In this document: positions 53,401-64,000 of the stretch, in pieces | How positions within the stretch are numbered: the first letter of the stretch is position 1 | Layout of the letters: each line of letters begins with the position of its first letter | Assembly (NCBI GenBank): GCA_965178125.1 | Contig: OZ237739.1 | Coordinates: forward strand, 496,001-560,000 | DNA length: 64,000 bases | From: Bilabrum cf. latius | Lineage: Eukaryota | Direction of reading: 5' to 3' | Translations under genes and position numbers: made by a program | Notes under the pieces: model-generated | Databases searched by the model: none | What the model saw: only the letters and a program-made list of their open reading frames with translations | Told to the model about the DNA's origin: nothing

Positions 53401-54206
53401 TGAGAGAGGCGCAGAAGATGCAGGCGGTTCGAGAGAGGATTCACAGGTCGGATTCAGCCGCCGGAACCCACGGTACAGCTGCACGCGGGGCCATGGCTGA
53501 CCTCGCCGATGACCGGGTTGGGGTTGTGCGCACCTCGTCGGCACTTCTACTGGGCCATGGAGGAAGTACTGGTGACCGACCACGCGGTATACCGTCCAGA
53601 TCCCCGGACGAAGACGTTTCTGCCTCTGAGCTTCGTGCACCCGAGGGCATCTCTGCCTTGGTGAAGCAGAACAGGGCACCTGTCCGAACGGTCTTCATGC
53701 ACTATACCGGCGGCGACGAGTGGATGACCACTGCTCAGGCACTACAGTTCGCAAAGCACTTTGGCATTGTTCCTGAGCTGGTGAATCTGGCTACCTTTCA
53801 GGAGACGACGGAAAGCATGCATCGCATGGTGGCGGCGGAGGCAGCAGAGCATGAAGCGGGGTTGGGGCCCGGATCGGCGCGGCGTGCATCAAGCGGGGGC
53901 AAGACGGGCTCGAAGCAAAGGTCTGACAAGCTCGTCGCGGGCATTCTGAAGAGCGCAAAGTTCGTGGACATGCTGTCCGGAAGGGACTTCGTCACGCTGC
54001 TACTCAGGTTTGGTCGCTCTTGTGGGGCATCCCTGCCAGTTCCTATGCAAGGAGCAGGCAGCGTATCTTAGTCAACTTAGGGCTAGGAGGTAGCATAGCT
54101 GCGCGCACTGCTGCACCATATGAACAAGTCTCAAGGTTGGGACAGGTTGCAGCGAGCACGCGGAGCTCGACAAGCAACTTCGAAGGTAGCCGAGTTTGTG
54201 ACGTAA
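44472..54206 (+). CDS. 3,244-aa single-pass membrane protein: short N-terminus, TM helix, Cys cluster, about 2,240-aa acidic Gly-rich repeat, C-terminal TPPP/p25-alpha- or EF-hand-like region; 13 internal TAG
   Basis: One frame from ATG 44472 (MELGDYTLSQ*NGTHNGTV) through ORFs 44541, 44781, 45039, 45402, 52683 and 53115 to TAA 54204-54206, with only TAG in the linkers. TM segment LAVWVWLVLLAVATIGCIIGCVCCSYWLC. C-terminal motifs LFHHYAATGDP..MNNQQFRNFTLDAGI, ELDILF and LSVEQFVSCLRKLAIKLYP. Confidence 0.8.
45573..52298 (+). repeat. Coding minisatellite of about 60 units: constant 84-bp core plus a variable run of 6-bp motifs
   Basis: Each unit encodes VAEPDRDGGEAATADA-(GT/GS/AT/GA)n-GSVTGPEGEDGG with n about 2-7. 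All length changes keep the frame. Copy number is estimated from total length. Confidence 0.97.
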
Positions 54207-54460
54207 TCGGAATGCCTTGGCGCGGACCTAGCATTCCATGTTTATTCATTTATTCTGTAGATCATCATGATAAGAAGTTGATGTGCCTGCTTGACTATGA
54301 TGCAACCTCCAGCTTTGCGTGTTCTGCGGCCTGCACCGGCTACTATAGATCGCTGCCAAATTTCGACGCTTTTTTTTACTGCATTCTTATACCACATAAA
54401 AATTAATGTATTCTTTAACATTCTCATTTGAATACCATGCGTGACGGTTGTATCGTAGCC

Positions 54461-55578
54461 ACGGGGAAATACAGAAATACAGAAATACATTGTTGGGTTA
54501 AGTTACCGAACCCGCCACAGATGCACCATATCTCAGGTGATCACCTGCAGCGGTAGGAGCCCTCATAAGAGGACTACAAGACCCCCGACCCTTTCAGACC
54601 AAAGGCCCCCCATGTACCGGCCCTGATGTTGGGACCTCCCTTTGTCGCCTTCAAGCCCTCCTTCGCAGCAGTCCCGGAGCCTTTATTTCGGATATCCGTA
54701 GACACACAGGCATACTGCGTGGACCCGGCATTATGCGCGGTCCAGACCCACCACGGAGTGCCCCTCCAGCCTCCGACGTCACTTCCAGGATCGTCCGGAC
54801 TCGCGATCCCTCTGAGGGTCGAGCACGCACACAATCATGCTCGTCTCTGGAACTGTCAGCGTAAATATGTGAATAGTTCCGAGGCTCCCCCTCCTGGGAG
54901 TCTTCCCGAGCTCGGTGTCCCCGGGCCCGGCTGATATAGGTGGCACCAACGGTGCAGAAACCAATCGCCCTGCTCTCCGGCAGGTAGACCGGCGCCAAAG
55001 CATTAGATGCTAAGACTAGGGCTTCAAAGAACCCATTTTCTCCACAAGGGGAGAAATCCCGTGCTGAAATGACAGTACGGGCGTCGGAATAGGTGGCACC
55101 AACGGTGCAGAAACCAATCGCCCTGCTCTCCGGCAGGTAGACCGGCGCCAAAGCATTAGATGCTAAGACTAGGGCTTCAAAGAACCCATTTTCTCCACAA
55201 GGGAAGAAATCCCGTGCTGAAATGACAGTACGGGCGTCGGAGGCGGTAAACACCTTCCCGACCGTTTGGTCGTAGACCTTCCCGCGCACATCGGCGAACG
55301 GGCCATAACCACTTCGCAGCCCCCACAGGGATCTCGAGTGGAATCGAGAGCTATTTAGCTCTTCTTCCGCTGCGCAGACGACACTCCAGGACGCCTGAAC
55401 AGGGCTGTGCTGCTCAACCAGCACAGGCACCGAACCCGGTGCAGCCGACAATGCCAATCCAGGCGTCGGCTTCTCCCATCCCATAGGAAGGAAGAATATA
55501 GCCAAAGCACTATGTGCTAAGGCTAGGGCCCATAAAGGGTCCATCTCCCCCACCAGGAGATTTTTTTTTTACGGGGAA
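54461..55578. mobile_element. Probable non-autonomous or truncated mobile-element insertion (about 1.1 kb) with 8-bp flanking direct repeats
   Basis: ACGGGGAA occurs at 54461-54468 and 55571-55578. The inner left end is (GAAATACA)x3 and the inner right end is T10 (55561-55570). It contains a 153-bp duplication and no recognisable transposase or RT. Confidence 0.5.
54936..55241. repeat. Tandem duplication, 2 x 153 bp
   Basis: 54936-55088 and 55089-55241 are identical apart from one substitution that I could see (ggggag vs gggaag). Confidence 0.95.
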
Positions 55579-55934
55579 TAATTACAATTGTACGGTGATG
55601 TTTTGGCAGACAGTCTGGTTTGTGCTGATCGACGGACGGACCATAGTTTGCATCGCAGACGCACCAAAAACTGCAGTAAACCTAAGTGTCGACAGTCGAG
55701 CCTATTGAAACTATGCCTGGATACAGTAAAGCCCCATGGATGACCGGGTCATATCTCGGTGAGGGCTTCATTCTTACCAATGCACCATTCTGCGACCCAG
55801 CCGAGATTGTCATCCCGATTTGTGCCCTCTGGACTCCAACACACTACTAAAATGCGGTGTTTCCGTGCATATGTACACGGTTTGATGGCAAAGCCAAGCA
55901 GGTTACGTATAGGCTGTCCTTCCGTGGGAGGACC

Positions 55935-58900
55935 ATGGGATCCGTTGCGTTCTGCAATCCACTCAACCTGTTCACTCCCATTCCAGAGCTCATTTCTGCA
56001 GGCTTGTTTGGGGATCCGTATATTGGAGATACTGAACTTGATGGAAACAGCCCGTTTGCGGCGGCATCAACCCTAGCAAAAATGTGCGGCAAGCTGCAAC
56101 AAACAAACGACCAGCTCGGCTGGGGCATCAACAACGCCATCGTGCAGTAGGTCAAGGAGTTATTTGAAGAGAGTTTGGCTCTTCCAGGTGGCTCGCATCT
56201 TTCCGAGAGGATCGGCAATTTGCAGAAAAAGATTCGCGGAATGCCCGTAGACAAGTTCATCTGTTTGCAATCGGGCTGGACCACTCCTGACGGTGGCCAC
56301 GCCATCACCGTGAACTTCCACAAGACCTCCGCCGACAAGATTTCGATCATTGTCGTCAATTCCGGCCAGGGTGTCGGCTCCCATCCCAGTCGCTCCTGCT
56401 CGTGGCCACTGAGCACCGGAGGCATGAAGCTCGCCATGCGCTTCGACAACATCCCCCTGTCCCGGGCATCGGACGAGGTGGGCCTGTGGATGCTCCTCAA
56501 GCAGAACGCCTCGGCGGATGCAGACCACAAACCGTTTGCCTTCTACGAGATCTACCTCCCCTACGTCCTTAACAGGTCACTGGCTGACGGCACCGCGCCC
56601 ACGTTCAAGCACGGGCACGACGCGAGGGCCGGCGACTGGATGAAGCCGCAGAGGGCGGGCACGTGCTACTTCCGCGGGAACTACGCCACTCTCCGTTACT
56701 ACGCGCGCATGCGTGGCATGAGCAGGGACGAGGTGAAGCGGTTCGTCCTCCTGCTCCGCGTGCAGTTCATGCTTTGCCTGCAGCAGGACATGAGGGAATC
56801 GCTCAGGGGTGCAAACGGGCTGTCCGTCTGGCCATCTGACAGGGCCCTCATTCGAATGGGCATCCACCAGACTGCCTACCACACCCTCAAGCACCAGAAA
56901 TCCGGCCTGGTCACCGACAAAGAGGCGCGTGATGTCGACGAAGTGCTCCGCCCGTTCGAGGACGAGCTGCTGCCCGCGTGCAAGCCGGGCGAGTGGGTCG
57001 ACAGGGGCCACGTCCCGCCCCGCCTGGTGAAGGACGTCACGTGGAGGCCAATGACGGGTCGAATCGACACCATTTTCATGAAGGACGAGAGGGCGACCCT
57101 GGAAGGCGCGGCTGTGAGCCTGGCAGCGGATGACGGGATGGACCTGCTGAGCGGGGAGGACCTCCCATGCTCCACCTTCGACGAGGTCATGACGGCCATA
57201 GAGCAGTACAACCAGCGGATGGACAAGTGCTGGGAGCATAGTGAGGACTCTTACGGTGCCGCGATGGCGTCTCGCATCGGCAAGCAGTTCATTCTGGAAC
57301 GGCTGCCGTTCGACAGCATCGGGTGGATGGGGGCGAAAAGCGACCCCGATCCGAGCATCGGACACCCGTGCGGGAGCCTATCCAAGGATTAGGTGAGCCA
57401 GGTGTCCTTCTTTGCGCTCATGACCCTGCAAAAGTACCTGTCATACGCCTACTATGCCCCCAAGATGGACGATGCCGGCGTTGCTGAGCGGCAGGCTTGC
57501 TCACTTGCCGTGCTGTACTTTGTGCTCGCCACGATGCGGTACGGCTGCCCGGCAGACCAGGGAAGCTTCGTCACAAAGATGCTGAGGGCAATCCCCGCAG
57601 AGGAGCCCAAGACTCTGCGGTTCTCTGCGGAGGGTGTGGAGTCTTACACGTTTGTCCAGACCACCGCCGCTGGCGAAAGCCTCGAATCGTTGATGGAGTT
57701 TTGGAGCTGTGAGGATCCCGCCGTTGCAGTGGCCAAGCAGCGCATTCTCGGGTGCAAGGGCGCGGAGGATGCCGCGCTGCGTGCCATTGAATAGGCGAGA
57801 GGCAAGCGACGAGCCGCTCGTGGACGAGGGAACTTTGCTACGATCCAGTGGGCCACTGGCCAAGAGGGCAAGAGCTTTAAGATCCAAGAGGGTGGCGCAC
57901 ATTATGCGGAGCTGGCACTGGATATTGCCGCGGAGCTTGGGCTCCCCCTCGTGTGCGATCTAGCAAAGCAGGAGTGCGCCAAGGCTCATATTGATTCACC
58001 TGAGACCAAGTGTCCTCCATTCATCCGGCAAGTATGCATGCTGTGTTCCTTAGATATATCGGGGGAGTGCGCAGAATATGGCCACGTGCAGTCCCTGCAG
58101 GGTATCGTCCTTGCGGAGTTGGAGCCCGGTGGCGTGGAGCGAAAGGTGAATACCCGAAGCATCCCGTCGTTCGAGCTGGGCAAGGTCGAGTTCAACAAGG
58201 AGATGAATGTAGCCAAGGCGGTCGCTACGGTCTCCAACGCGGAGTCGACGAAAGGTCTCATGCTGCAGGGCCAGCTGCCCCGCTCGTTCCTCGAACCCGA
58301 GCTGCACGGCATTCTCGCTCGCGCGCCCTCGAAAGGGGCGGATGAGGACGACGTTGCACTCGCTCAGGGTTTGGACACCTTTGGCAACTTTCTCGGGGCT
58401 GCGGATTCCCAGCAGATGCTGACATCGCTGACGGTCAAGTCATCCATGCGCATACCTCTGCTGCTCGGCTTCTTCGCGGAGGCCAGGGCGGGGGCTCTCT
58501 TTTCAGAGGAACTGCGACAACTCTTGTGGACCGCAGTCACTCGTTTTGGGCCGCAAACCGAAAGCTCGCACCCTGCTCTGGTACCTGGCGATGCTCGCAG
58601 CGAATGGACTCACGCCGGAAATCCCTTTGCAGGTCTCAGGGCAGCGATGCTGGGACTGCTGGAAGACAAAGAAACAGACTACATTAAGCCAGATGTGCTA
58701 GAACGGTTCGGTTCCAAGAATGCACTTGCCGCGCCGCGGGTCGCTGAGTGCCCCAAGACAGCTCCAGCAAGCCGGGAGTAGTTGGGGTCTACGTATTGCG
58801 GCCTATGGCACGAGCTGGTAAGCGCACCGGAGGGAACCATAGATCCGCTGATCGCAATCGCTGAAGAGATGTCCAGGCTGGCAGGAAACACCCTGAATCC

Positions 58901-61900
58901 GACATTTATCACACCATTCGTGTTTGTCTGCCGCCTTGCCGGCAGGGTCATGGCTGCTGCCACGACCGTGCTGCGGCTGCGGTCCCCTCACCCAGCAGCC
59001 CCCTCTGCCGTCCAGCGGGAGCGGCTCGCCGCCAGGCGACAGGCACTGCGCATGTGCATCGAGCTGCAGCTCAGCAGCGTGCTTGACTTCTACGTGGAGG
59101 AAGCTGGCAAGACCCAGAAGCTGGAGCTGTCAGCCATGGCAAAGACTCACTGGGCGCTAATGAGAGAGGGTTTCACGGTGGCAGAGCTGGGTGATGAGGG
59201 ATTGGGCATGTTTATGGGCAACATATCGTTCTTTCATACCTACCACGGCTTGGGAAAGCAGCATGTCATGAAGTTCGCTGCACCAGAATACCGCAACGAC
59301 GCGCCTTCTCCTCCTCCCCGTGGCACCTAGGCTGGTGGCGACTCCGACGACGGAAAAGGCTCCAGCAAGGAGGGCATGGAGGCCCCGTACCTGCAGTCGG
59401 CGCTTCGAGCAGCGGAGCTGGACGTGTTCAACTTGATCGACGCCAGGCGAGCAGAAATCGTCGGTTATCTGAACGCCTGCTTCAAGGCTCACAAAGGCGG
59501 AGAGTGGGCGAAGCAATGGGCCACGGGAGTGCTGCCAGCACTAACTGCAGCTGGGTCAGCGCCAGGTGGCGCCGCCGCAAGTGGGGCCGGAAGCGATGAC
59601 GCGACCGAGCTGATGCGACCCACCGGTGACGTTTAGACGGCTCTGACGATGGCCAAGAGGGCGTACTCTAGCGTGATGGATGCCGAGTGGGGCGCTCCTT
59701 CCGAGGCCATGCATAAGAACGGTGCCTTCTAGGACGAGGAGGGCAAGATCGCGATGGATGGACAAATGTGCCGCATCCAGGCTTCCTCTGGTGGAGACGT
59801 ACAGCCCTTGCCTGCAGGTACCGTGAATAAAACCAGCTTTTTTGGAAAGTTGGACGTGCCTTTCTGCACCGTGCTGCAGCGGTCGCAGCAAGTCACCAAG
59901 TTCTAGATCATGACCCCGCCGTCTCTCGCCGGGTATGGCGACATCGAGGTGCACCACTGGAAGGGCGTGCTAGTGAATCATTATGGCTCTCAGCTGAGCG
60001 CCATGGGGATGCCATAGGTACATGCTGATGGCATCTCACTGTGCAGTGGCACTCAAGACGCCTCAAAAACGAAGAAATACAATGTGAGGCTTGGACCTGG
60101 GCAAGCATCGAACGATCGAAGCCCGGACCGCTGGGTTTCGTCGCTCTTGTAGGACACCTGGATCTGGGCGCTGAAAGAGGCCGCTGCCGACCTGCTCTTT
60201 CCCAATTCGCCGAACAAGGACAAGCACGCTGAGAGAAAGAACAGGGCCTCTGCACTCCTTGGCTCCGTCCGCATCTACGGTGACAGCACAGAGTTGGAAA
60301 GCGGCGGAGACGAGGTGGTGCTCTATGCCGTGGATGGCAAGGGCGCCATCCGCCAAGTCGTGCTTCGTAGGGCGCGACAGACCTGTGACGTGTACTATTT
60401 CCAGGAATTTGCGCGCCGTGCTTTCCCCGTCGTGCACTGGACTTCGGACCTGCGATTTTGTCTGGGACAGCTCGACCCTTACAACATCGAGCTCAGCCAG
60501 CCAGTGCCGGTCGTAGTCCAATTTCGCTGCGGCGATTGCGCACTTGGCCCCCTCTGCATGGATGGCATTGAGGTCGTCCGGTCGAGACTGGAACCCGACG
60601 CAGGGGCGACAAAAAGGGTGCGCTATGGCCTGGTTCCCACATCTCTGTTGAATGGCTCGCTGCCTGCCGCTTTGCTCGAAAAAGGGCTGCAGTGGTGGCT
60701 TAGGGAGGATAGCTAGCTGCTGATTGGGGAGCCCCGGCCTGCTTCTTTCACGCGAGCGGTGGCCGGTATAGGTCAAGAAAAGGCTGAAGGTGAGGAAGGC
60801 GGGAAATCTAAAGACAAAGAAGATGAGAACGCTGCAGAGAGCAAGTCGCCCCTTGATGGGGAAGATGCCGTGTACATGGTGCAGCTGCTGCAAGACGGCA
60901 TCAAGCTGACTTTCTTGAGTCCTCACGTCAAGTCGAGTGCTCGCGTCGTCCGCAAACCCCTGTTCCCTGGGATGAACGGAGACGGGGCTGCTGCTGCAGC
61001 TGCTATGGCCCGATACCCTGGCGTTGCTCGGATTGAAGAGGATGACGACGGCTGCATCGCAAGGCCCCCGGGCCTAAAGCCCGACTGCTTGCTTTTGGAC
61101 CTCTACAACGCTCCTCCAGGCTCTCCGTTGGATCGACTAGCCGTGTCCTTGGCCCGGGCAGAATCACTTAGCCATATGCTCGCGTGGACGCACGATCCGG
61201 AAGAAGCCAGAGGCGGCAAGGTTCCTCCCATTCCTTGGCCCATTCTGCTAGAGCCAGACGAGCAAGTAGAGCTTCAGTCTGTAGAACTTCCTCGCCTTGA
61301 CACAATGTTTGAATGCAGAACTATGTCGGACACCCAGCGCGATGATGTGATCGAGTCGGCCAAGAGCAGAGGGCATGGTACTGCCGCCAGAGCCTCCTCA
61401 GCCGCCTCTGGCGGTGCCTCCGCATCTGGAGCATCATCAGCACGACCCGCCCGGCTATATCTATCCGATCGGGCTAATGTGTTTCTTTGCGACCGCCGAA
61501 CTGCAGGCTAGCCTGTCCACAACTATTTGGCCACCGGGGAAGCCTCAGAGACTGGTGACGACGGAGTCACGCACGCGAGCCCTGGTGGTGGCTTTGAGGC
61601 TAATGCCGCACCGCCCCCGCTTGCCGAAGACGTGGGTGAGAACCTGGGGCCTCAAGCTCTGATGAAGGGCCTGAGGCATTCCCTACTTCTAGAGAGCGAT
61701 GCAGGTGCGCTGAGCCTCTACGTGCCGTCCCACAAGCAGAATCGCCCGATCGTGAAGTGCGCTCCGTTCTCCACTTGGACGCTCCAAGCTCGTGGCAGCA
61801 TTGCCTGGTGGATTAGATGCAGGTCGAAGTCGTTTGTACTTGACGTGTCCGTTTCCGAGTCGTTTCTGAAGCTGCCCTCCGTTTGCGCTGCCCTCTACTA

Positions 61901-64000
61901 TCTCAATTGCTTGCTTCGGGAGAGAGAGTACGAGCTGGCCACTCGCCTGCTGCAGTCCATAGACACCGACAGGGCGCTCTCTAGCGAAGAGACATTCTGG
62001 CTGAACTAGGTAGGCGAGCTAGCAGACGACATAACGCCAGACATGAATGCGATTCGGGTCAAGCTCGCATTGGCCCTGCGATTCGGAAGCGCCAAGATGC
62101 CGTTTGGGACAGGTGGGGCCTACGGGAGTTATATGTCGGCGCACGGGCACGTCAGAGCGTCTTGCCGCCTCAGCCGCATCGAGCATTAGGCCGTGTGCGA
62201 CATGCTTGACAACAAGGACATGTCAGAGAAGTGGCGAGCCCTCAGGTACGGTGACTCCATCCGGGCCACGTACTCCACCAATGGGGCTTCTGAGGGAAAT
62301 TTCGGCTGGTATGGCACGATAGCAGAGGGGGGTCTTCACACCGCTGACTACATGTCATAGGCCCAAATACCGACAGAGACAAAATCTGCAAGTGGCTACG
62401 TGTCTCTAACGTGGCCCGAGGACGGAAATCGCAACTGGTGCTTCAGTACGTATGGCTACGAGCCAATCGGGGATCTGAGCTCCAGTGCGAAAAAGTCAGT
62501 CGATAAGATCAACAGCTTGCTTCCGCTGGCATGGAACTAGCACACGCCCTACCTCATCGAGCTTGCGTTGGGGAAGGCGCGCATTCGCCTTGTCGAAGGA
62601 GGGGAAGAATGCGGCCGGCGATTCGCCCAAGTGCTCACGCGCTGGATGCAAGCGAAGCTGTTAGGTTGGAAACCGTACACGTTCTCCGGAAAACAGATGG
62701 TGCCCTACTATATTGGTGCAATTGCCAGCGTGATTGATGCTGACGGTTCCCCTGCCACGGAGGGATCTAGCGGTGGCTGGCCGGTTCCTACTACGGAAAT
62801 GCTAGCCAAGATCCAAACGTCATCGACTCAGACTTGGGTGAGGAGCTGGTTTCAAGCGCTGAAGGAATGCCCTACCTCTTCAAATCCGAGATTTGACAAA
62901 TCGAAGTGGGCTGGCAAAGAAAATGAGATCCCTTGGGGCCACTTTCCCCCGATCCGGCTTGGCCTTGGCACGGGAGCGGATGACGGCACGGCGAACCCGC
63001 CGCAGGACATCACGTCGGACCTTCTGCCACCGGATCCGCCGGGCTGCTTCGACACGTGTCCAGATAGAGCCCTGGTTCTCCGCAAGTTTGACCACTCGGG
63101 TATAGCCACAGCCAGCGGTGCCGCCTCGGGATCGGGGAAGGGCCACGGGAGGCGGGGCTCTGTGAGCGGTGGCGGCGTGGGAATGGACGTGAGCGTGAGC
63201 AAGCTCGACCTGGCCCAATTCGCCACCATGCCGCTGGGTCTCCTGGCAGAGGAGCACACCTTGGTTCTGTCTGCTGCCCAGTCACAAGTGCGTGTGCCGT
63301 CTGGCAGTTTACCGTTCGACAAGACAACCGGACGTCCCATCGAGTCGTCTTTCGTTGCCGACGCCATGCTCAAGCGACTGGAGGACTCTTGTGCCACTTA
63401 CAAGGAGATTGTGGCTGGCCGGACTTCGGATGCGATGGCCTGCTTGGTGGTAGATGCCAACACGGACAAGCAGAGGCACCCGAAGCCAGAGGAGCTGTCT
63501 GCCATAGCGGGTCCGGCTATTGCTTCGCTTCAGCGGTTGCTGCAGCAGCTCGTCAAGCAGCGCCGCGAAGATCTCAAAGACGTCCGCAAAGGGTTTGCGT
63601 CTGTTTTGGCTGTGCTGAACAGGATTGAAGAAGTCGACACGAGCGATGACGCGCCGGCCGCCGCTGCATCTGGTGCGGGCAGCAGCGACCGACCGCCGCT
63701 GGTCGTAAAGACTAGCTTGGAGAGGCATGCCTTCCAGCGCACGTATGTGTGGGACGAGCTGTTGCTTGGCACGCTCCTAAGCTCAAGACCTGAATAGGAC
63801 TTGTTCAATCAGAACCCATGCATGTCGGCAGAACGAGCGAGAGCAGCCGTCGAGTGCGCGCATGCCTTGGCGCTCAAGGCCAACCGCGTGTCGCAGGCCA
63901 ACCGGTGCATTGGGCTAGCACAGCGACTGGCAGGAATGCTTGGGAAGATTCAAAGCTAGTTCAGCAATGCTGGTGCCCACTTTGGATCAGATGCTGTTTC
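55935..64000 (+). CDS. Very large protein (more than 2,680 aa, 3' partial) with N-terminal putative thiol-protease-like motif; resembles giant DUF3638/DUF3645-type proteins; 18 internal TAG
   Basis: ORFs 55857, 56175, 57393, 57951, 58782, 59376, 60294, 60759, 61527 and 62568 share one frame. The linkers contain only TAG up to the window end. Likely start is accATGg at 55935. Motifs SGW...GGHAI...VVNSGQG..SHP...KPQRAGTCYF. The family assignment is from recalled motif resemblance only. Confidence 0.7.

Noticed and set aside
54651-55553. 300-aa minus-strand ORF as a host gene
   Set aside because: It has no recognisable domain, its length is inflated by the 153-bp duplication, and it lies inside the suspected insertion.
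54207-55934. Suppressor tRNA-Gln(CUA) or other RNA gene in intergenic DNA
   Set aside because: I could not see a cloverleaf or A/B-box pattern here or in the other spacers. A tRNAscan-SE run would be needed to be certain.
28812-64000. Cluster of pseudogenes with premature stops
   Set aside because: Every interruption is TAG; there are no TAA/TGA or frameshifts, and catalytic and splice motifs are intact. Random decay would not do this.
1-64000. U-to-C RNA editing repairing TAG to CAG
   Set aside because: Known from some plant organelles, where TAA and TGA are repaired too. Here only TAG occurs, in intron-containing nuclear-type genes. It is not formally excluded without RNA data.

Overview
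Gene-dense eukaryotic (protist-like) nuclear DNA with GT-AG introns, signal peptides and short intergenic regions. The main result is a non-standard genetic code: UAG is read as a sense codon, best supported as glutamine, while UAA and UGA still act as stops. The fragmented ORF track collapses into six genes once TAG is read through. By hand count there are about 79 in-frame TAGs and no internal TAA/TGA, and all four genes with a visible 3' end stop at TGA or TAA. The genes are: (1) a giant minus-strand gene of more than 12,600 codons running off the left edge, made of DUF11/pilin-like beta-sandwich modules, with about 9.5 near-identical 2,943-bp (981-aa) units left of a 200-N assembly gap; (2) a GH27 alpha-galactosidase with a ricin-B lectin module; (3) a two-intron class 3 lipase; (4) an FAD-linked aldonolactone oxidase; (5) a 3,244-aa single-pass membrane protein with a roughly 60-copy coding minisatellite and a C-terminal TPPP/EF-hand-like region; (6) a protein of more than 2,680 aa with a putative thiol-protease motif, running off the right edge. 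A 1.1-kb insertion flanked by 8-bp direct repeats lies between genes 5 and 6. No tRNA, rRNA or CRISPR array was seen. Domain calls come from motif recognition by eye, not database searches.
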